Shown here: one piece after another, positions 57,097-64,000 of the stretch
Position numbering within the stretch: the stretch's first letter is position 1
Layout of the letters: the number at the start of each line of letters is the position of its first letter
Assembly: GCA_977018835.1 (NCBI GenBank)
Contig: OZ361256.1
Location: forward strand, 3,348,001-3,412,000
DNA: 64,000 nucleotides
Source of the DNA: Minutocellus sp. GHC0000111
Taxonomy: Eukaryota
Reading direction: 5' to 3'
Program-made: the position numbers and the translations under genes
Notes under the pieces: generated by a model
What the model was told of the DNA's origin: nothing
What the model saw: the letters and a program-made list of their open reading frames with translations, nothing else
The model's database searches: none

Positions 57097-58822
57097 ATGA
57101 CTACGGCCACAGAGGAAACACCGTCCGGCCCAAGCATATTCGAGTTGGCTTCCAACTTGACCGTCGGTTGCATCGCCGTCTTCCTTTTGGCAGACCTGCG
57201 GAAGCTGGCCAAGAAGCGCGTCCTGCTGGTCGACGAAGAAGCCGGCATCGATGACAACGACCTCATGCTCCGTCTGCCGTTCAAGGCAGGGGATTCCATT
57301 GCCGATATATGGAGTCGCAATCAACAAATAATCAAGCGCAAGATGCGAGCAGATCAATACAAAACATTGGCATATTTTCTCGAGCGTCTGGCCGAGGAGC
57401 GTGATGCGTATCCCGAGCTGTGGGAGACGCAGTGCGAATATGTGGGAGATGAGAAGGCATCGAACGAATGTGTCTATTCCATCCACACCAATGCAGTTCG
57501 AAAACGCATCGTTGTGGTATTTCGGGGATCAATAACACTCAAGGATTGGTTTCAGGATTCCAAGAGTGCATTCGGCGAGATCAAGAATCCACTGTATGGC
57601 ATCGACCTCTCGTCGGGGGGAAGCAAGAGCGATGAAGGCATGGATGACATGGGGCAACCAGAGATGTTACCGCTGCATTTGGGATTTCTTGAATATTTGT
57701 ATGGGTCCAAATTTCCACTTTCCGTCCCGTTCAAGGACATATCATCGCACTTGTCCAGTTTTCCTGACACTGTGAGAGATATCGAGCTTCCAGATGTGTC
57801 GGAATTGCTTCCATCTCCTCCGACAATTCCAGTACGGGTAACTTTGCCGTTTGCCAAGAGCGGTGCCGGAGATACAATGCCGGGTGGTACCAAAGAAGAC
57901 AATGCGCGTGCTGAAGATGAAAACAATTGCAGAAACAAGCCCACAAAAGAGCTCACTCAAGTTGCGCAAGCCAAGGATGAGGAGCAAACCCAAAAGAAAT
58001 CAAAGATGGCAACAATTCTTGATCAAATCAGTGTGATATACGAAACAAAGCCTGATTATGAGCTCTACGTTACAGGTCATAGCCTCGGCGGTGCGTTAGC
58101 TTTGATCACAGCACTTGAGGCAGCGGCTCGTTTTACGGTTCACGGGGGAAAGAAGCCGGTCACTTGTGTCACGGTTGGTAATCCAAAGGCGGGAGGGCGC
58201 ACATTCCGTCAAGCTGTGCGGTCGCTAGAGAAGCGAGGGCATTTGCGTGTATTGGGAATTCATAGAATGGACGATTTGGTACCGCTATTACCAGGCACAA
58301 TCTGCACTTGCTCGGTGCTGAACTCGTTCTACCACGTCGGCATGCAGCTCAAGCTCAAGAGGGGTGATCGGTACACATCAAGATACCTTACGCTTCCAAC
58401 CCAGTGTAAGTACCTAGCTAGGAATTCGAAGCCATCTTTCCAGATTCAACATATTTGATTCTTTTGTGTTTCTTTTAAAACTCACCGCCCATCTCTGCCG
58501 ATCCTCATACCTAAAATTATGCCGCCACAGTACCGACGAAATCACCATCGCTTAGCCCATCTACTGCCCCTTCGACGCACCCCACTAATGAGCCAACATT
58601 TACTCAGGGTTAGGGTTAGGGTTAGGGGATCATGAAAAGGATTCCTTTTGGGTTAGTGCGCGGGAAAAGTGGCGACATCTTCGACTGATTCTGCCCTCAA
58701 TGCACAAGATCAAAGACCGCCATTTCTACAAGACCTATCTCGATGATTTGCAAACAAGAAAGGCTTCTCTCGGAGCAATAGCGCTGAATGATATGTATGC
58801 AGATTTGAGTAGTTGTAATTAG
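57097..58822 (+). CDS. Class 3 lipase; intron 58406-58607
   Basis: IVVVFRGS, YVTGHSLGGALA and DDLVP motifs. The last exon (DRHFYKTYLDDL, probable catalytic His) is in frame after a GTAAGT...TCAG intron. Confidence 0.85.
58606..58627 (+). repeat. Interstitial telomere-like (TTAGGG)3 tract
   Basis: AGGGTTAGGGTTAGGGTTAGGG. Confidence 0.8.
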
Positions 58823-58924
58823 TGCAGAGTTGCAATGTCGTTATTTATGAATCAAAATGATGGAAGGTGCCTTCTAGCCTAAGAATTCCAGGACTGAAGA
58901 CTGAAAGCTCGAGGTGAAAACATC

Positions 58925-61400
58925 TCAGTTGTTTGCGGTTGCCTGCACATGGTAATGATTCGGACGCGCCCCGCCCCAATTGTAGTAAAATTGGTGGACC
59001 ATTAGCAGACGATCAAAATTCTGATCCATCAGGAGCCGGTAAGGCGTTACTCCTCGGATTTCAGTCCATATGAAACCGGGGTTGTACCGCCTATTCAGAA
59101 CAGAGGAATGTGGGTACCACGCGTTATTGACAGCGTCCTGACGACGAGGTCGATAGTGAGCTTGATTCTCGTTACCCTGCACAAAGTTCAGAAAAGGTTG
59201 ATGATTGAGGTAATCCCGCACACGGGTCTTGAGGATGCGGAACTCTCTGCGAACGTCTGCCACAACGCTCTGAAAGGAAGACAAAGTGTACTCTGGCAAA
59301 GTACCGTTTGCGTTTCTACGTTCCGATTCAACCTTGACAAACACGGCGCGTGCCAACCTTTGGTGGTTATAGACATTGGCGGACGTAGACGAGACTAGAA
59401 CCGATGCAGCGACGTTTTTCAATAGGCCCCTGGCGTTCATCACATGTAGGACAGCAGTAGAGTAGTCCTGCTGCTCGAGGAGCTCGAAGAAACGATCGTT
59501 GGTCTTGTTCAAATCGCATTCAGCTCTTGGAGGCTGGTGGGTTCCAATGACTGATTCCATGTTGTAAAAGTATGGTCGCGCCTTTTCGAGCATCTTCTGC
59601 AAAGTTCTCTTCTCGCGGGAGCTTGTGCTGTTCTCGATAGCATTGGAGAGGAATGACAGGTTGAAGAAATCAGCACTCGACGACAGTATGGCCAGCTTCC
59701 TCTTTACCACAGTGAAGGCAGCTGCGAGCTTCTTTGGCGTGGCACTGGACGGGGCCTAAATGAGTTTGCCCATCGCATCGCGCATGAAGAAATAACTAAA
59801 TCGCACCGCTTCGGAGGAAACATATTGGCGTAAGAAGTCGAGGGCGAAATTCTTCAGCGGCGAGTCGGCGACGGCAGCCTCGAGGGCTGTGAGGATAGGC
59901 TCGATGCTAGACTTCTTCTTCGCTAGAGCCTCGTCGTGCTTCTCCTGGGCCTTCTCGCGCTTCTCGTTCTCGCGTCTGCACAGCCAGATCCGAAGCTTCT
60001 CTTCCGCGTTCTCGAAAAGGCCGACAAACTCGCTGCATTCTTCCTCATAGGAAGTGCGCTCCTCGCTACCCTCCTCGCCATAACACTCGATCAGGAGCTG
60101 GTTGTAGGCATTCTGACTCGCCGTTCCCTCGTCGTGGGAAACGTAAATTCGATTGAGATCCTTGGCCTCAATGATAGGGCCGACCAGCTCACCACGTGGA
60201 GTCGTAAGGATATCTGCCGCCCTGGCAAAGTTGATCACACGACTCCATCTATGGATGCAAATCTTGGACTTGTCTTCCCATTCACGCCACGGTTGGTTCC
60301 AGTACGTGAACTTGTGGCCGACATCCTTTCCACAGGTCTTGCAGAGAGCCAGGCCGTAGGGACGGACGCCGGCATTTACCCCTTCAGCACCGGACAGTTG
60401 CGCCTTGAGGTCGTACTCCCAGCAATTGGCCCCACGCTCGCATCGCTTGGCACAGAGGAGTCGGAGGAGGCGGAGGGGACTTGGAACGTGGATGGAACGA
60501 CAGCGGACCTCGTTCATGATGACTCGCAACGTCTTCTTCTCGTCGTTGTCGCTCCTGCTGGATAGGGCGTCACCACTAACGGCGGCTCGGACGATAATAT
60601 CGGTCTGGTCGCGGGAAGGAGGAGATATGAAAGTGGACAATATATCGAGGAGGAGGATATGCAGCTAGTGAGATAAGATGAAGTAAGGAGAAACAGTATT
60701 TTGATCGACCGCTCCCAACTCATCTATCCCCTGCACCACTCACCCTCTCCTCGACAAAGGACAGCATGAACTTGGACTCGAACGCTAGATTTAATACCGA
60801 TCGGACACTGGGCAGCAGTTCAAATACCAGCTGGATGGCCTCCTTGGGCAACGAACTGAACGGAGGACAGCCCTCGGGCGGTGCCTCGTAGGGATAGTCG
60901 TCGTCGCCGTACCCTCGCTCCAACCGCAGCTTCTTCTGGGCTCGTTCGCGCACGCCGTCCTCCTCGTATTTGGCCAGCATCTTCTCGAACTGCCGATCGG
61001 TGAGGGCGGCCGTGTTGACGTAGCCAAAGGGGTCGGCGGCTGGCATGGCTGAATTGGAATTGGAATTGGAGCTGGAATTCCCGCCGCAAGCAACTGAAGT
61101 CGAATTGCTGCCTTGGACTGCCAGTAGCGGCTTCCTCTTGCGGAGGGAATAGCGAGAGGACGGAGCCGCAGTAGCGGCAGTAGCTGCTGTATCGACGTCC
61201 ATCGCCTCCTCGCCGTTCTGGTTGCCGCTTGAATTCTCAGCCGAGGCCTCGATATTACTGCCGTCGTTGCCTTCTTGATTTGCTCCAGCCGCCGCTACAT
61301 TGACGGCCTCGTCACCGCCGCCAGCAGCAGCACCAGCCGCCGCTACCGCAACGCCACCAGCAGCAGCAACGGCCTGGTTCTCTTGAGCAGGCTCTTCCAT
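58925..61400 (-). pseudogene. Paralog of the 34548-37048 gene (copy 2); intron 60743-60605; in-frame TAG at 59758-59756
   Basis: Exon 1 is nearly identical to copy 1. TAG replaces the GAG (Glu) of copy 1 and the frame continues to 58925. Confidence 0.65.
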
Positions 61401-62039
61401 CGTTTGGGTGGGTTCTTCTCTATCGGGTCGTTTCTCTCTTCTCTTGGTTGAGTTATCGAGCAGGACTGGAAAAATGGGAGCCAACGACGAAAAAAATCCA
61501 AACTGCAATGCAAAACGGCGAAAAACTGAAAAATATTTTTCAAGCTGCGATTTTGCGAAATGTGCTAATTGCAACAACATAACCAATAACCGAAAGAAAG
61601 CCAAATACCACATCCCATCAGAGATATCCTTCAACAGCTGATTGTGGCAAACCGTCGAATGGCACAGAGGAACGCTACTTTGGCTCCTTCGACCAATTCC
61701 GCCTTGCCGCGTCATGGCATTGTTGCGTCATTTTTTCGCAGTCTTGAGCTCAAATCGTGGGTCGATATGACCTCACGACCTGCATTTGCCGGTCCCGGAG
61801 AGAAGAAAGGGTGCCGCCACAGCAGTGCTGCCACCAACGACCATCGTCGTCATGGTTCCGTTGATTTGTGTTCTGCTCTGGTTCGACGCCCGTTCGACCA
61901 TTCCACCTCAACCACTCTCCATCATCAGGTCTTTCCATCGCAACAAAAATGAGCCAGGACGACCTGCGATCTGCCGATCTGCCTCATTCCTCGGTACCGA
62001 CCGCTGGTGCCGTTCGTTCTCCCTTTCGATACTGCGTTG

Positions 62040-62786
62040 ATGATGATTCGATCAAGGCGACATGCAGTTGGTCGCCAGCTGGCATCTTTAGTTGTGGCTA
62101 GATCAGCCGGACATCTGCCAGCTGCTGCGGCCAGGGCAGTGTCTTGCCGGCACGAGTTGCTCTGCCCTCATTCTTCGTCGGCCTCGGCATCTGCACCATC
62201 GGTCTCTTATTCAACGTTTGAACATTATCGGCAGTGCAATCCCAGTCAAGTTCGTTCTTATTCAGCATCTGCCTCAGTTCTATCGTCGCCATTCAGTGGG
62301 GGTATTGGAGACAACCCATCAAGCAGCCCAAGCAGCCCACGAAAAGGCAATCGCAAGAGGAAATTCATACCACGCAAGGCGGCAGTTGCATTGACTCCCA
62401 AGGCTCGAACCTTCTTCAAGTCGTTGTTGGAGAATGTTACCTCTGAACACAACAGTGGAGTCGCAAACCAATCGGACGATGCAATCATTGGTATCCAGCT
62501 GACCTACAGCCAGTCCACGACGGGTGAGCCTCGGATGGTGTTTGGATTTTCGTTCCTTCGAGCCTCGGCACTGCACCAAAATGATGAGGCTGTATCACTG
62601 GAGGTATTGGAGGATGGTGAAACACCGAAGCCACCAGCGAATGCGTTGGAGGACGGTCTGCCGAAGTTGTATGTGCATCATGATGCTGTGCTGAAGGTGC
62701 TGGGAGCAACGTTGGATGTGGATCAGGAACGATTACTGCCCATACTGTACGACAAGGAGGGCAACGTTATGGATCCGAATGCATAG
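62040..62786 (+). CDS. Cys-less HesB/IscA-like protein, copy 2
   Basis: Near-identical to 33921-33172, in inverted orientation. Confidence 0.6.
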   Translation: MMIRSRRHAVGRQLASLVVARSAGHLPAAAARAVSCRHELLCPHSSSASASAPSVSYSTFEHYRQCNPSQVRSYSASASVLSSPFSGGIGDNPSSSPSSPRKGNRKRKFIPRKAAVALTPKARTFFKSLLENVTSEHNSGVANQSDDAIIGIQLTYSQSTTGEPRMVFGFSFLRASALHQNDEAVSLEVLEDGETPKPPANALEDGLPKLYVHHDAVLKVLGATLDVDQERLLPILYDKEGNVMDPNA

Positions 62787-62938
62787 TTATGGGGAGACTT
62801 CACCATATGATCTCAGAATTTGGTCTTCTGTTATGCTTATGGATCTGTGTAAGTAATCCAGCAGATTTGTTTCGTTGAAAGATCGCTATATTATGAACTC
62901 TTCGCCGTGTCTTGTGTCTTGTGCCTTGCTCCTCTTAG

Positions 62939-64000
62939 CTAGGTCCTCTTGAAACATATGGAATTGTTCCTATTTGTGTTGGAAGAATAGCGGCTGAAGA
63001 TCCTGCATCTTCCAGCGCCAGATAACCCACCATCTACATAACCAAAGTCATACGCCTTACAATTGTTTCCTTCTTCAATACACTTTTCCTGGCACCAAGT
63101 GCGCCTTTTATTCGTCCAGGTAGAGCGAATTGATCCAACGCAGGCTTTGCCGCTGTTTTTGTTGAAAAGGCAGTCCCCACCATCCCAACCGCACCCAGCA
63201 TTGTTATAGGAGCTACCATCGCACATACCATCGTTGAGCCAGTCCATGTTCTGAATTTTGCAGTCCGGGTTCTTTTTCTTCCAACAAATTGAATTGTTTC
63301 TGGCTGTCGGTGATGAAAAGCTTCTGAAGATTCGGCATCTACCATTGGCCGTTGAGAAATCATAAGCCTTGCAATTGCTACCTTCATCTACACACTTGGC
63401 TTGGCACCAGGGTCGATTCATTCCTGTCCATGTGGAGCTCGTTGAGCCATTACAAGCTTCACCGCAGTACCTACTAAAAAGGCAGTCTCCGCCATCCCAT
63501 TCACACGCTTGTGTATTTTCGGGAGAGTACCAATCGCAAAAGTCGTCGTTCATTTGATGCATACTCTTGCATACTCTTGGTATCACAATTTGGGTACCTC
63601 TCCTCTCTATTGAACTGCACAAAGTCTCCGCCGTCGTAGCCACATTCTGCAGTATTGCAGTCCCCTCCGTCACAACTGCCGTCCCCAATCCAGTGCGCAT
63701 AATCAACATGGCAGTCAGGATATCGGCTATTAAAGTCAAGGCAGTCTCCTCCGTCCCAGCCACACTCGGCGTTGTTGAGATCTCCGCAATTTCGGCAACA
63801 GGTGCCATCTTTGATCCACGAAAAGTATTCAGCATCAACTTGACAATTTGGATACTTTCCAAGAAATTCCTCTATCTCGGCGAGGCTTATATCACCACAG
63901 TCTCCATCATCAAAGCCACATTGCGCCGTGTTATATCCACCGTGATGATTACAGCGGCCGTTACCAAGGTTTTCGGGGCTATCGACATGGCAGTTTGGCC
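62939..64000 (-). pseudogene. 3' part of an LNR-repeat/PAN-domain gene (two PAN-like domains), frameshifted by a 10-bp tandem duplication at 63560-63579; runs off the window
   Basis: LNR units read in one frame upstream of about 63575 and in another frame downstream. CATACTCTTG occurs twice, and removing one copy gives in-frame CDTKSMHQMNDDFC. Confidence 0.65.

Overview
Eukaryotic nuclear DNA, most likely a diatom: short GT-AG introns, several bipartite 'ASAF'-type plastid-targeting presequences and diatom-type gene families. About 30 genes are packed into the window. The main highlight is a head-to-head pair at 2605-6344. It consists of an ArsJ-type GAPDH and an ArsJ-like MFS organoarsenical exporter, i.e. 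an intron-containing eukaryotic version of the bacterial gapdh-arsJ arsenate-efflux module. Their shared 508-bp spacer carries three CGAATCTC motifs that match the diatom phosphate-starvation (PSR) element as I recall it. Other notable items: (1) a 1.5-kb TA-flanked TIR element splits the C-terminus of a p24 gene and could be spliced out as a near-perfect new intron; (2) a three-gene block (LNR/PAN protein, Cys-less IscA-like protein, unknown protein) is duplicated in inverted orientation, with a near-identical core, an intron difference and a decaying second copy; (3) a bacterial-type RlmJ with no visible targeting peptide; (4) an AAA-less paralog of AFG3 next to AFG3; (5) a ~1.09-kb tandem repeat; (6) TTAGGG repeats at a lipase splice acceptor. 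Several genes carry single-base frameshifts, which suggests consensus errors in the assembly, so pseudogene calls are tentative. All family assignments come from motif recognition, not from database searches.
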